Shown here: positions 12,668 to 25,600 of the stretch, piece after piece
Layout of the letters: each line of letters begins with the position of its first letter
Numbering within the stretch: the stretch's first letter is position 1
Source of the DNA: Raillietiella orientalis
Taxonomy: Eukaryota
Direction of reading: 5' to 3'
Assembly (NCBI GenBank): GCA_036172245.1
Contig: JAYWIR010000016.1
Location: 2,418,001 to 2,482,000, forward strand
Length of the DNA: 64,000 nucleotides
Made by a program: the position numbers and the translations under genes
Notes under the pieces: generated by a model
What the model was told of the DNA's origin: nothing
The model's database searches: none
What the model saw: the letters and a program-made list of their open reading frames with translations, nothing else

Positions 12668-13718
12668 GTGGCCGGGTGACAAAGCTTCGAATGACGTCAT
12701 TTTGCTCCCCGAGCACAAGATGCTTTTCGGGATGTCAGCTGCTTTCTTTCCGATGGCTACAGGTGTTCGGACGAAGATTTGGCAGTCTCCATTAGCTGTG
12801 CCGCTGGCAAAGATTTGAGAGTGTGTGAGCGCTGCTGAGGCAACAGTGAGAAGCGCCTCTTTCCATCGGGATCGATTCGAGAATCGAAAAGTGGTCCGCC
12901 CAACCTCGAGAAAAGTCTTCCTCTTCCCTCTTCTGCTCCTTGCCACCCAAAACGAACGAACAAGTACCCCAGCTCCGGTCCAGGCCTATCCTTCGCTCAG
13001 ATCCGTATCGGAAGATTGGCGGTTGGAAGGGAGGAAGTCCGAAGCCTTTTCTTTTAGTCTTCACGTCTGGCTGCTGTTTCTTCTCGCTTCATCACTTCCA
13101 AGGGCGTTTCCGTTTTCCTTTTTCACGGATAAACACACATACACAGACGAAAACAAACAAACAAATAAACGCCCACCAGGGGTGGCGCATTTCGCTTTTC
13201 TTTCGCATGAACACCATGTGGCAACACTGCCGGGAATTGCAGGTTCAAAATCAGGATCGATAGCTTCTTGGAAGCACTCAGAAGAATCCCACCATGGATG
13301 GAGACAGCTGAGGCGGCTCCTGCGTATTTTCGTTCAAGCCATTCACCATTCTCTTGACCGATGAGATCTTTTGTCCTCTTGCCCCTCTTTTCCCCATCTT
13401 TCGATTTCAAACCTTTTTGTCTAGCATACCTCCCGCGTTTTTCAGCTTAGCAACATTTTCCGACGTCTCTCTTTGGGTGCTTTCGGGTCGCAGTGGTGTC
13501 CCGCTGGACCGCATCGAGCCTGTCGATCATTTTCTGTCTCACAGAGAACATCCTGATCGGCAGATCAAAGATCTGTCCATGGGGCGCGCGACATCGCCTT
13601 CTGCCCGCGAGGGCATGGCCTACCAGGGATGGCACGGATCGCTTGCGCCCCGCGTGCGAAAGATGGCCCCATCCTCAACCAGCGGGCCATCAACCAATCC
13701 AGGAAAGCGCGTGCAAAG

Positions 13719-15000
13719 CCGGTTGCATCGGGGCGTTTATTTTCCAAACAAGGAAAGTCAGGCGATGTGGATCAGTCGATCCACTGGTCCGTGAAAACTT
13801 CAGGGGAAGGACAACAGGAAGGCAGGAGGCTGTAGGAGAGCGGGCAGTAGGTAAATAATAAATAAATGAAAGGGGAGGAGAAAGGAATAGAGGTCAGCGG
13901 TCACCACCCTCCGCGTCTTCTGAAACCTGCGTGCGGTGCAGGCGGCGTACGCCTTGACCCTGGAGTCCTTGAAAGGCCGTTCTGCCACACTCCCTCGTCA
14001 CTGAGCAGTTGGGGCGCGCGGTCGTCGTCCCTGCTTGCTGCAGCGCCTCGTCGACGTTCCGGGAGGCAACACGACCCTCCTGACGCACTGGGGGAAAGCG
14101 GGCGAAGGTGCGTCCCGCGCGAAGCAGAGCCGCCGCAACCGCTCTTTCGGGATGTCTGCGGGTGGAGGCGGTCGAAGTGGAACAGCTGCGAGACGTTCCC
14201 GCACGCTCCGAGGGTCACCGTGCGCCGGCAGCGGATGCGCGGACGTGTCGACTTCCCCACGCCTGGAGGCGGAGGTCGATGGGCCGGAGGTGTCGCCGCT
14301 GGTCGCGCGGGAAGCAGAGCCTCTTCGTGCTATCGCCTGAGGGGGAGCGCGGAACTGTCCACTGAGGAGGAACGTCGCACGTTCTTCGACGGCGGAATCT
14401 ACCGGCATTCCTCCCAACGGAGCGGTCCTTTGGCGAGGGCACCGGGCGTCGCCGCGCCTCAGCGCCGTCTCCGGCCCGCCCGCCACCCGATCACCGATCT
14501 CGGCCCTCCTGCTACGACGTCACTGTCCTGCCGCCTTGCAACCGTCGTTTCTCTTGCCGTGGGGAGGACAGCGTTGCGGCTACCGCTGTCCACTTCTTTC
14601 CCAACCTTCCCACTTCCTCCGGGAACACGCTGCTCCCGGTTGTGGATGGGACGTATCGACAACTCGGCGTCTCGATCCTCGTGCTGCCTCCTGCCGCCAA
14701 GCGTTGCGGGTTGCGGGCAGCTCAGGAGTCCTCCCCACAGGACACAGGTCGGCCTCTTGGGCGAGAACCCTTCGTGCTGTCTCGGCTGCGAGGTAGCAAC
14801 GACGTCGTTCCCTCGCAACCGACAGCGAGCCTCAGGATTGCGCGCGCAGGCAAGCACCAAAGCCTCGTCCGGTTCTCGGTCATCCAAGGGCCATCATCCT
14901 GAGCTGGAGCTGTATCGTTCCATCTTCTTCAACGGGAGGATGACGAGTCCTGCGTCTCTTCGTGGCTCAGAGGGATCTTTGATACGACCTTGCCGGGTTT
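13719..15000 (-). mobile_element. L1/Tx1-like 3' ~1.3 kb fragment, decayed
   Basis: KDPSEPRRDAGLVILPLKKME (about 14920-14980) matches KDLAAPRRDAGLGILTLERIE of the 18.7-20.0 kb copy; ERLAAVPLR..KERLRRLCFARDA matches the post-zf-RVT segment of other copies. Confidence 0.65.
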
Positions 15001-16439
15001 CCATGTGTAGGTTTGGGGGCGCTCTGCTGCTATGCAACGAGGAGGTAGAAACTCTGCGCCCAACGCATGCAGGCTGCTTTAGGCTGCTGCATCATCATCA
15101 TAGGAGTCAAACATCCCACGAGCAGCTCGTATATTTGCGCTTTTCGCTAATGCAGCAATAGGAACAAGTACGGTTGCCATGACTATTGCTTCGGGTGTGG
15201 TTGTTGCTTCTCTTCCTGATTTATCTCTTCGCAGCATTGCACATAGGGTGAGAATCAGACCTGAAATTCATCTGAAAGTGTCGCCGGTTTCTTTCCGCGT
15301 TCTGACGAACTGGAGACTGAAGGCGTTGGAAACCATTTCGTGGCGATGAGGATCCACTAGTGGATCAGGAAGACCACATGTGGCGCAAAGAAAGTTTGTT
15401 GGCATGCCCATTGCTACACATGGAAGCCGTTTCGGGGTCTGAGTGCGTCCCTCTTCCCCTCCTTCTAACGAAACGTCGGGTTTCCGGTGGAGGTTGGAGT
15501 TAGCGATCAGCAGAACGAGGAGGAAGGGATCGTTTCCTCTCTCTCTTCTTCCTCCTCCCCTCTCCTTCCATCCCTTCCATTAGCCGATGAGGAAGGTCGG
15601 AAGACGGAAAGGGCCGACTGATGTCTTTAGGGGAGTCTCTCAAGTGAGCAAGCAGCCACCCCTTTCTTCAGTCAGAGATCTTTCCGTTCCTTGAAGGTTC
15701 CTAGGGAAGCCAGGAGGAAGAGCATCGTTGAATTCCCTGGAATGGAAAGTCCGACGGGTGGATCCACTACAAAACTCATTCTCAGAACTTGTAGTAAGAC
15801 ATGTGAGGCTGGGAAAGACTCCAAAATGTGACCCTCAACCGTGTAGGGGCGAAGAGAGGCCAAGCACAGCACGCGAGAATCCCTGGATGGAAAAGAGACA
15901 GAACGGCGTCGAAAGAGGAGGAGCTTCATCCCATCCTTCCCAAGGACCTGCACCGAAAGGCATCAGGTTCGATCTGTCTGCGCGACCTCCGTGAGGGGCA
16001 GCGTGAGATCAGAGATTTCTCCCCCGGCTGGCCCGGTAACCCGCGCCTGCACGCCATCTACCGTTCTTCGTGTGCCCGAAGGCTCTCGAGGACAGCGGTT
16101 GCGTCTCTCGCGCCCGCTTCTTATCGAGCACGAATCCCCGGATCGCTCTCTCGGAATCTCGCGGGCTGCCATGCCTACCGCAGCACCGGTCACAGAGCTG
16201 CAGGAAACGTCCCTCACCTCCCCTAAGATGTCACAGCACTCTTTCTTCAAGCGAATGCAAGGGAATAACTTTTTTTCCCTCTTCCTCCTTCTCTTCATCA
16301 TCACTATTATTATCACCACCCTCATAACTCTTCTCCTCCTTCGCCTGAAAAAGCGTTTCCCTTACCGCAAGAAAGTTTTTCTTCCAGATGCCAGCAAACG
16401 GGACTCCAGGCAGGGATCGCGGCTGGATGCCACACGTCC

Positions 16440-16800
16440 GGACCACTACCTCGGCGAAGGAGAAGCGCAGCAGGTCCGCACGGAGTGCAGGGAGCTGGCC
16501 GGCCGCCTGCAGCTGGGCTTCTGCGGGAAATGCCGTTGGCGACATTTCTTCCGACGGGAAGACGCCTGGGAATGTGCGGTTGCTGGGCATCGTCAGGAGC
16601 TCGATCTATGCGCCGAGGCTGGGGGCCGGCAAAATCCCAGTTCCCTCTCCAGTAGGAGGAATAGGAAGAGTTTCCGAAGCTCCTTCTCCCAGCTGAGTGC
16701 CTGGGTCGAACTTACCCCCCACGGATGATGGCGGCTGGAAGTGGATCGGGGCCACTTGAGAGTTCACTTTGTTGAATGATTGTGACCGCAAGAGGGTGTC
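16440..16800 (+). pseudogene. Possible decayed C-type lectin domain fragment
   Basis: ECRELAGRL (CxxLGGxL-like) and SAWVEL followed after a frameshift by DDGGWKWIG (WIGL..EGxWxW-like). Confidence 0.3.
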
Positions 16801-18689
16801 CTTCATCAATCCGCTGGGTCGGCGTGTGCTGGTGGCATCCTAAGGGTCAGGGCGCCGGATCGGATCGCAAGGCTCGGCGACCTTCATGTGATGTCGGGAG
16901 GGTATGTGGGTAGCGAGTTCGGAAGTCCAGGTTCGTTAAGGATCCGCCCATGGAGGGGCGAGGGACATCATCAGGAAATGGATTTCTCCCGATGACGTCA
17001 CGAGACGAACAAAAAAGGCCCTGACGGCATCTTTCCTCTCAGAATCAGCATGTTGGACTCACGAGTTACCGCCCCTCATGCTGAAGACCCGGGAACCAGC
17101 ACTATTTCGTCATTAATTTTAAATAACCCTGTCGGACGGATTTCTGTCTGAGTTCCCGTCTAGAACCTACAACATCCCACTCATTCAGTGCCACCTATAA
17201 ATCAAAGCGCACGTTCAATTCCTTCTTTTAAAGTATGGCTGTCACTCAAATAAGTGAGATGACGTCCTAATAAATGAAACCAAACATGTGTTTCTAACAT
17301 ACACATCGCTTCATTAAATTTGAACACATCTGTACATGAAGACTGAATACTTTGAAGGGCTTCTTCCATTTTCTTCTCGATAACATACTAGGCCCCATGA
17401 GGAGAGCAAGAGCTCGGAAGGGTAGCAGGGCGGGGGTTGGTGTGATTTGATGAGCGAGCGGAAGAAGGTGAGAGGGGGGGTCGACGGTATCCTCGACGGC
17501 ATGGTGCAGCGCGTGAGCTGCTCGCCTCGCTGGGTCAGGGATGGACACGTGACAAGCCGATTTCCCAACTTTCGAACGCTTGAAAACGGATGAAGGGGTC
17601 TCGGGAATTCATCTGGCTGGGAGTGCCGTGGCTGCGTCCTCGACGTCACCCGCGCAATCTTTCGCTCGAAGCACGTGGACATGCTATCCAATGTTCGGCC
17701 GTCAGAAGACGTTCCCATAAACGTGGATCGCAGGAGGAACGTCGGCCTTCTTCCCCTCCCTTCTTTACCCAAATATCCCCCTACCCTCTCCATCGTCCTC
17801 CGCCCGTGGCCGCGTGATCTCTCCCGCTGACCTTCACACAGTCTCGTGCGATCTGCAAGACACCAGAGAGCTCCGAGGAAACGAAAGTCCTCGGGGCTCT
17901 GCGGATGAAGGAAGAAGCGGGTCCGCGATCCCGTAGCCAGAAGAGGATCCCTCGGGAATTCCCACGGGACAGAGGGTCGCCCAGAGGAATCTTCTAGAAG
18001 ATCACGCAGAGCACGCGGCGGTGGGGTCTGCCAAAACGAATTCTCGCTTCCCGTAAGCTGCCGGCTGAAGTGCAGGCGAGAGGAGAAGATCGATATGATC
18101 TTCCGGAGGTCTTCGAAAGCACTTGCCGCCGGTCATGAGAGGTGTCTGAGGTGGTGTGCACGCGCGTTGTTGTCTTTCCTCTCCCCCCTTCCCCTTTCCT
18201 TCTCTTGAACCGCACCGTGCTTTGGAGCGTGGAGTGATGCAACACGTGAATAGAAATGCTGTGGGCGTCCTGAGCGCGCGAGCCGGCGCCCCCTTTCCCC
18301 CCCCGTCGCGAACCTGCTCTGCGTCCCGTTTGAACTCTCCCGGGGGGATCTCGGTTGTGCGCTCGTGTGCACAAAAAAAAGGGACATCTGTTGTCACGGA
18401 AGCGATGAACCGCTTCCGTGATGCGAAGGACCCCCTGCGCTGACGGACGTTGGAACAACTTCCCGAGCTCGGGCGTCTCCTTGGGTCGGTATCCTCCGCG
18501 AGCGGCCAGCGGTATCCTTCACGGGCACCAGGAGGACACGTGATTCTTCACACCCGCACGCGTTCCTCCCTTGATGCGCCGTTCCACGCGTTTCCGAGGC
18601 AACGGGCGATTTGAGCTTCCTTTCGAGCTTGCTGGGGGTCGGGAAGCAGTGACGAAAGAGGAGGAAAGAGGCAGAGTACAATCGGAGGG

Positions 18690-19993
18690 CTCCGCAGCAG
18701 CGTCCGAACGCAAGTGGCCGCAGCGTTCGGATGGGGCGAAGGAAAAGTCCGAAAGTCCGGAACGGGAGGGAGGGGTCCACAAATACACGCATAAAAAATA
18801 AAAATCAAGATATGGGGAAGGGAGGGGACAGGGGTCTTTGGCTTCGGTCGTTCCTTTCCTTCAGAACCGGCGGTGGATGCCGGAGATCTCATTCCTTGCG
18901 TGTTCCGGAAGATGAGGCCTGGCGGCAGCCGACGTCATGTTCTCGTCGGCTACTCGGGTGACCTGTCGACGAATCGCCTGCGTCTCCAGCTCTCGGTGGG
19001 CCTTGTCGATGGCGCGGGTGCAACGGACCGTTGCGACCACCGCACCTAACGACAGGCCGTCTGGCGTGAAGAAGGGGCGCATCAAATCCCTTGCGGTGTC
19101 CCCCTGGAGCAGGAGAGCTGAGTGCAGCCTCCTCCACAGTCCTTGGAGGACACCGCAGTCCGAAAGAAGGTGGGGGAGCGTTTCGGCTTCTCCGCACCTT
19201 TTGCAGTTTGGGGAGACAACCCCCCCGGAAACACGGTTCGTCCGCTGGTTGGAATGGAAACCCCAATGCACCAGCATGACAACGTCCTGTTTCCACGAAA
19301 GGGGGAACACAGAAGTGTTCGAGCACGAGGGAGGGACCCCAAGTTCTTCGGGGGGCACACTTAAAAGTTAGCTCTACCGAAGGAGTCCCTTCGCGATGTT
19401 GCAAGGCGTGGCGGCGTCCTCGCAACATCGAGCCCTAGTCGCTAGTCCTCGAGCCCTGGAGCTCTCTAGTCCTCCAGCCGCCCATGGGTCGGGTTGCTCC
19501 TGCGATGGCACAGGCGACCTCCCACCTCGCCGGTAGGCAGCTGTCATCACTCGCCCTGAGGGCTGACAGTGCGTCGGCGAGGGGCGTGACGGCCAGGCGA
19601 GTCCACTTCTGGTTGTTCCAGACCTCCTCCACCGTACAGTACGGGGAGAGGTTGGCGCAACGGAGTTCCAAGAGCGAAACATCCTGTTACTTTGCCCAGG
19701 CATGCAACGATTCCTGCCGCCAGGCGTCAAAGTTCGTGGGCTACCAGGAGCCGGTAGAAAGGTTTCAAGGGGAAACCGAAGCTTCTCGTGGCGCGCTCCG
19801 TATGTTGGCCGGAGCGACAGAAGGCCATCGCTGCCGGTGCAGCGTCGCAGGAGCAGGCGCGCGGGAGCACACCATGGAGTGGACCAAAGGTTGGCGCACA
19901 GGGCCAGCATTTGAAGCTGCACCTGCAGCTCGATCCTCTCCAGCGTCAGGATGCCCAAACCGGCATCCCGACGCGGAGCCGCCAAGTCTTTGA
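18690..19993 (-). mobile_element. L1/Tx1-like non-LTR retrotransposon, 3' ~1.3 kb of ORF2 plus UTR
   Basis: PRRDAGLGILTL; PLADALSALRA..WEVACAIAG; open 165-aa terminus with SPNCKRCGEAETLPHLLSDCGVLQGLW (zf-RVT CCHC); UTR motif TTTTATTTTTTAT..CCGTTCCGGACTTT shared with the 12.5 kb copy. Confidence 0.8.
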
Positions 19994-19994
19994 G

Positions 19995-20530
19995 GAGGAT
20001 CGGAAAAGCAGACCGGACTTTGTGGTGGAGAAAGGAAACCACCGGATCGTAGTGCTGGACGTCTGCTGCCCGTACGAGCTTGGAGGGGAGGCGTTTAGCA
20101 CAGCTAGAAGGAAAAAACAGGGAAAGCACAAGGAGGTAGCCCTCCAGCTAAGCAGAAGGGAGAAGCTATGCAGAGTTCATGCTCTCATCGTTGGCTCTCT
20201 GGACGCCTGGGATCCAGATAACGAAGAGGTGCTCCAGGATCTTGGGATTCGGAAGAAGCACTTGGTGACGACGAGGCACCGGATGATGGCTTCGTGCATC
20301 CGCTACTCCAGCGACATCTATGCAGCCCACGCCACACGAAGGACGGACAAACAGATGCAGCCGGAGAACCCCAGCGGTCGGCTCTCGAGAGACGGAGGAC
20401 AGGAAGCTGAGGAAGCAGCATGATGAGGGGCGTAGAGCGTCCCAGGTGATCAGAGGAGGAACTCCGGAAGAATATCAAGAGCACCTCCCCCCCCACCCCC
20501 TGTAACATGTTATATGATTAAAAATCAAAA
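19995..20530 (+). mobile_element. R2-superfamily (NeSL/Utopia-like) non-LTR retrotransposon 3' end encoding a restriction-like endonuclease domain
   Basis: RPDFVV..IVVLDVCCPYE..AFSTARRKKQGKH..HALIVGSLDAWDPDNE..LGI..CIRYSSDIYAAH fits the PD-D..KxxKY RLE plus VGSLGxW C-terminal motif; stop at 20423; short UTR ending in an A-rich ATTAAAAATCAAAA. Confidence 0.88.
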
Positions 20531-21269
20531 CAACCAAAGTGATCTCCCTCAGATTGGAACGTTCCTGCTGTTCGGATCGCTCGGACACCAGGTTCAACTT
20601 TGTAGGAGACCAATTGCATAGGAGCGCACTTTCCGTCGCATCTCCGATGAAATTTTTCCGGAGTGTGCGAGAGAGGCACGGGTTTACGTATTTCGATCAC
20701 TGACTTCCCCTCTTCTTTCCTGCTCTCAGTGCACTCGCGGGAAGCGAATTCTCGCATCTGCGAGACATCCCTTTCGTCCACTGACTTGACGAAGGTCACT
20801 TTCCCGACAGCTTCTTGGGTACAACAAGCCTCCGGGGCTGAATCCTGCATCAGGAGTTTTACCGGAAATCAGAGCGATCTCCAGGAAAGTTGACTGGCTT
20901 CTCCTCGGAGAATCCTGAACAGGAAGAAACACACGTTGTTCGTGTCGTTGTACTGCCGCAGGGAGCCTGTCCACGGAGTTTTGGGAGTTTCGAGGAGGCG
21001 AAGTCGCTCGTCCAGCATTCTGCTTCCTGAAGATTTTGTTGAGACGGATGTTTTATTATCTCTCTCAGTTTAGCAAATCCTCGATAGCCTCTGAATGTCA
21101 TGCAGAGACGACAGTGAAAGGGACGAGGAGGACGATGATGAAAGAATGGAGTTGAAGAAGCGGAACAGAGGTCGGGGAGTTTCCAGAAGGCTGCTGCGCC
21201 ACTGCAGAGTAAGCGTCCATCCTCCGGCTTCCCTCTTCTTTCTTCCTCGGGTGGCAGCAAACGGAGATG

Positions 21270-21560
21270 CTTTTTCTCCAGGTTCCCCCGAGCAACGTAC
21301 ACCGCCACCATCGGATAAAGGGGGCGTCTTGCCAACGGCGCCAGGTGCGGAAAATCAAATTTTCCTTGCAACTGCTGGTGGACCACGGTGCCCTCCGTGA
21401 AGGATGGACACGTCTAGCAGAGGCTGCTTCGCATCCTGTGGACATCACCAGCGACTTTGCGAGACGTGCGTTTGCATGTAAGGGACTTTACGGGCTGGAG
21501 CAGGGAGCGCAATGCGTTGCTCCTGCGGCGTTGACACACCTCGTCGCCTATTTGTATGAA
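21270..21560 (+). mobile_element. Older, highly decayed Tx1-like zf-RVT fragment
   Basis: PSNVHRHHRIKGASCQRRQ..LQLLVDHGALREGWTRL aligns by eye with LPYNSRRHHW..CSRC..HLLLDCVALRPL. Confidence 0.45.
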
Positions 21561-21561
21561 G

Positions 21562-22640
21562 CCAGGGCTTTCATTTTGCAAAAAAAATGAACCCGTCTGG
21601 AGCGAAGTTCCCATATGAATACGAAAGAGGTTCAAGGAGAGGGTCCACCGACACGCAGGCTGGGATAGCAGAAAGTCCGGAACGGAGAAGGGGATCGGGA
21701 GACAACCAATAAAAAATAAATGCGGTGGGATGGGGCAGGGATCATTGAGTTCGCTCCGTGTGCACCGGGATGAAACAAAAAACACGGGAAAGCCACAGAG
21801 CGCACGGGAACGGGGAACGAGAAAATGAAGGGGACAAGAGTCATCGGCCCCGGAGTCCGCCATTCCTAGCTCTCCTCAGAACAGCGCTGGATGCCGGCGA
21901 GCTCCTCTTTGACTTCCGCTGGCAGGTGAGCCCCCCTGGAAGCCGTCCTCGTGTGAGAGTCTGCCATCTTGGTGACCTGATTTCTCTGCGTGGTCGTCTC
22001 GAGCACATGGTGGGCCGTGATCGCGGCACGGATGCCACTCGTGGTCGTGACCACCGCGCCCGTCGAGAGTCGAAGCCCGGAGCGAAGAACCGTCGCAGCA
22101 CATCTCGGAGGGCGGCCTCCTGGTGCAGGAGAGCTGCGGCCACCCGCCGCCACAGTTGCTGGAGGGCACCGCAGTCGAAAAACAGGTGCGGTGGGATCGA
22201 CTCCGCCGACACGCACCTGGCACAGTTCGGGGATGCAACCCCTGCGGAAATTCGGTGACGCCGCTCTTGAAACTCCAGTGGAAGAGGAGCGGCACGGGCT
22301 GTTTCCAGGAGAGGGTGAACACCGAAGTGTGGAAACAACGGGGAGGGAGCACAAGTTCTTCGCACCCAACACTCGAATGTTCGCTTCACCGAAAGAGTCC
22401 TGTCGCCAAAGCCCCTAGAGTGGCAGCGTCTATCAACTAGCCCGTCTTCCAACCGTCAAGTAGTTTCATCCTTCCCGTGATGGTGCAGGAAAACTCCCAC
22501 CTCACCGGCTGGTCCCTGTCGTCTCTTGCCCTGAGGGCAAACAGTCGTGCCGCGAGGGGAATGGCGGCTAGAGTCGAACACTTCACGATGTGCGTCGCCA
22601 ATTGCATGGAGTTGGCAAAGGAGAGAAACCATCCCATTAA
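21562..22640 (-). mobile_element. L1/Tx1-like 3' fragment; inverted near-identical partner of 11801-12667 with about 200 bp more 5' sequence
   Basis: Same three-frame zf-RVT peptides as the 11.8 kb copy; 5' extension PLAARLFALRARDD..VRWEFSCTITG matches the 19435-19671 and 6773-7219 peptides. Confidence 0.8.
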
Positions 22641-25600
22641 TCACTTACGAGCTAAAAGAGAGCACGAAAATGTTCCCTTCTCTTCATGGAGGAGAATGAA
22701 GGAGAAGCCGAACTGCATCTCTAACTAGACGTCGGGGCCTCAATAGAATGCCTGATGAGCCCCACCAGTTCTACATTTCTGTATTTATTTATTTATTCAC
22801 TTGGTCCCCTCTTCAGCTTCCTCGAAAACCTCGTTGAAACCAGACCTGAGGATTGTTCCAGAGCTTAGTATTCATGTAGGACGCAGTGTTCTCTATTGCT
22901 CGTTTATTGAATCTCTTCGATTGCAATGAGCACCGTGGAGTGTCCGAGTGTCCACACCGTTCCTTGCCTTTTTCCTCCCCGATCTTAGGACGACCACCTT
23001 GACACCGTGTAGCGCCGCTTTGTCCACGCAGGAACGAGTCCTTCGTTGCAGCCCAGAACCGTTTCGTTCCGAGGAACTCCGTTTTCCGCGTTCACCTTCC
23101 TTCCTTGGATGCAACAGATGTGTTGGATCCATAACGAAGAGGCAAACACATTCCCATTTCTTTTAGAAAGAGTCGAATCTTCTCCTCACGCTGCCCCGTT
23201 CCGACCCCGAGCCCTTGAACCCATGCTGCTGCTATGCGCTTCTCTTCTGATGCTCTCACTGCCCTGAAACACGCTCAGGTGCCGGGCCATCCAGAAAGAT
23301 CCTGCCTAGAAGAGTAGGATTTTCTACTGCAAATTCTAGGTCAACTCCTCTGGAGCTCAGGAGAGCTCGAACGGAGGTCACAGTGTGGTGGCGAGGGTGC
23401 GGCTGATTGGGAAAAAAATTCAGATAAAGTGAGAGTTATGCGATCCGGAAAAAAGATATGCCCTCTGTGTGACTGGGGATCCACATTTTTCTTTCCTCCC
23501 TGGGGAGCGTTCTTCGTTGTTTATAGTGGGGTCCAAGAAGAAATTCATATGCTTTCGGCACTTGCGCTCTCAGAATTGTCCTACTTCTTACCCACAGTCA
23601 ACTAGAGGAAAGTAATGCTAGTGTTGGGATTGGAAAAGCGATCCAAGGGTCTCTCGCTGGAGTTCTAGCTGGATTCCTTCTGCAGTCAGCAAACTTTTGG
23701 GTGAGGCTGATGGCATGGGATCCCCACTTTCCTCGGCAAAACGTCGGGTCACATCGATTTGCTCACTTCACAACAAAGAACGGTCCTGCTCTAGCAGCAC
23801 TTTGGTTCCTCCCTCTCCCCTAGATACCTGACGGAGGACCTTCTTCACGCAGAGTTCGCTGCTGTTTGATCGTCTTGAGCAGGGGAGAGCGACACATCGG
23901 GAGCCAGAGCATCTCTTCTCACTTTTCAGCTCCAGTGAACCGCACTGGAAGTCTCGCTCTTGCTCTCAAGCACATCAGAATGTTCCCCATCGCGAGGAGG
24001 TTTCAGGAAGAGTCGCTCGTTTTGCATTCGAAAGGTCTCGAGTTGGGGATGTTGCATTTTTTGATCCCGGGCGCATCCTGAAGAATCAAACTGTGGCGTG
24101 CGGGAATGAGGGCGGGAGCGCCAGTCACAAGTCAAGAAAAAAAAATCGCCAAGCAAGGGATGCACTTGAAGATTGCTGGCTCCGAGCAGCGCGCGCGCGC
24201 TCACATCTCGCAGACACAGTCAGTGTTGCATATGATTCAGCATGATGTGAACGCGACGAAAAAGGAAAAAAAAAAAAAACAAAGAACTGCAACCAAACTC
24301 GAAGTTTATTTGAATTCGATGAGCTTGAAATTCGAGCGAGCTACCTCATTGCTCTCTGCGAGACTTGGAACAGAAAGCGTGCTCGTTCTGAGCATTGTAC
24401 GTGTGTCGAATGCATGCCTCATGTGCCGATCAGCTGCTTATTGGCACGCCTGTTCTTGCATTCAGATGTGTTCAGCGTAGACCGCCACATTGCATATCCT
24501 TCATATCTGCGTACTTCTCAGAGTTGGATGAATCACCCAATGCCTAACTGGCAGAAAAAAAAAGAACAGAACACATACATCGTGCATATGTGTGTTTCGC
24601 GTGTAAATGAACGTCAATCATCCAATCACGTGCTCGTTGCCTGCGATGGATATGTGACAAGTGAGTGGGTGCGTAATGCCCGTGGAGACGCTCTGTTTGC
24701 ACTGCGAATTACGTCTGCACCTATAAGAAGGGGAGGAAAGGCGCAAGTCAGCAAATGATCATTACAAGTTCATGAATTACGCATCAAAGAGAAGTTTGAA
24801 AGACGGAAACGGGGACAGCCAGAGGAATGTCTTGCCTTTATTCGATCAATCTGGCAACAGGAGCTGTTTTCAGACCTGAAGATCTTTCGAGAATGCCTTC
24901 TCACGAAGACCAAGGGGGTGCAAGCAGAATTTTAAAGAGGGCGCACATTCATTGCGAAGTGTTCTGCCAGCAAAGGCAGCAGCCTGCGAAATTCTTCCCC
25001 ACTTCTTGTTCTCGGATTAATGAATTCTCTTTGCAGGCAGACTCTCTCAGCTTTGCCTACCGAGAGTGAGTATGACTCCCGGACTGAGTTCCGGCTCCCA
25101 TCAGATTAGCTGCTGCAAATTCCCCTTCAGTTCGGCACTGCCTCGGTGTTTTGCCGCTCGGCCACTTCTGAGAGTCTCGTATTTCGCTCGAAGTGTCTGT
25201 GAGCGCCTGGTTAAAGGCGGCAATCAAAAAGCAAACGCTCACCAGAATGCTGAGCACAGCGTCCGTGGAATGCAACAGAATCAACATACCAGAAAGTTAA
25301 GCTGCAGTGAAGCATGATGAACGACAGTTTCGCATGGAATCTTATCCGACGAACCTATCAAAGAACATCTCGTATGGTAATTGGAGGATCGATCTTCCTT
25401 ACTCATGCCCTCTTCTCGACCTGGAAACCTGGGCGAGCTGATGCTCTTCAAGGTGAAGGGGTCTGAAATTTGGTCACAAAGGCAGCGAGTGGGGCCTGCA
25501 TCCATTTTTCACTTGAAAGTGAAAGCAGAGATCCCATCTCGAGACGAGGGGATCGGAATATATTTTCACAGCCGACAAACGGTAGGGGAACGGAATTTTG

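Noticed and set aside
13866..15161. 431-aa plus-strand ORF (also the long ORFs 48883-49974, 49941-50906, 50505-51416, 51478-52584 and 61045-61968)
   Set aside because: Arg/Ser/Pro/Gly-rich translations typical of GC-rich non-coding or antisense TE frames; no recognisable domain
16989..17010. Hammerhead-ribozyme-like CCGATGA-CGTC-ACGA-GACG-AAC (also CTGATGAG motifs at 648, 22752 and 36197)
   Set aside because: Core CUGANGA/GAAA is mutated or incomplete, and I could not find stems I and III
7640..19993. Shared programmed 5' truncation point of three Tx1-like copies near the GGLG motif
   Set aside because: Two of the ends are explained by neighbouring elements (SINE at 7790, RLE element at 19995), and the motif is also simply where homology is easiest to see
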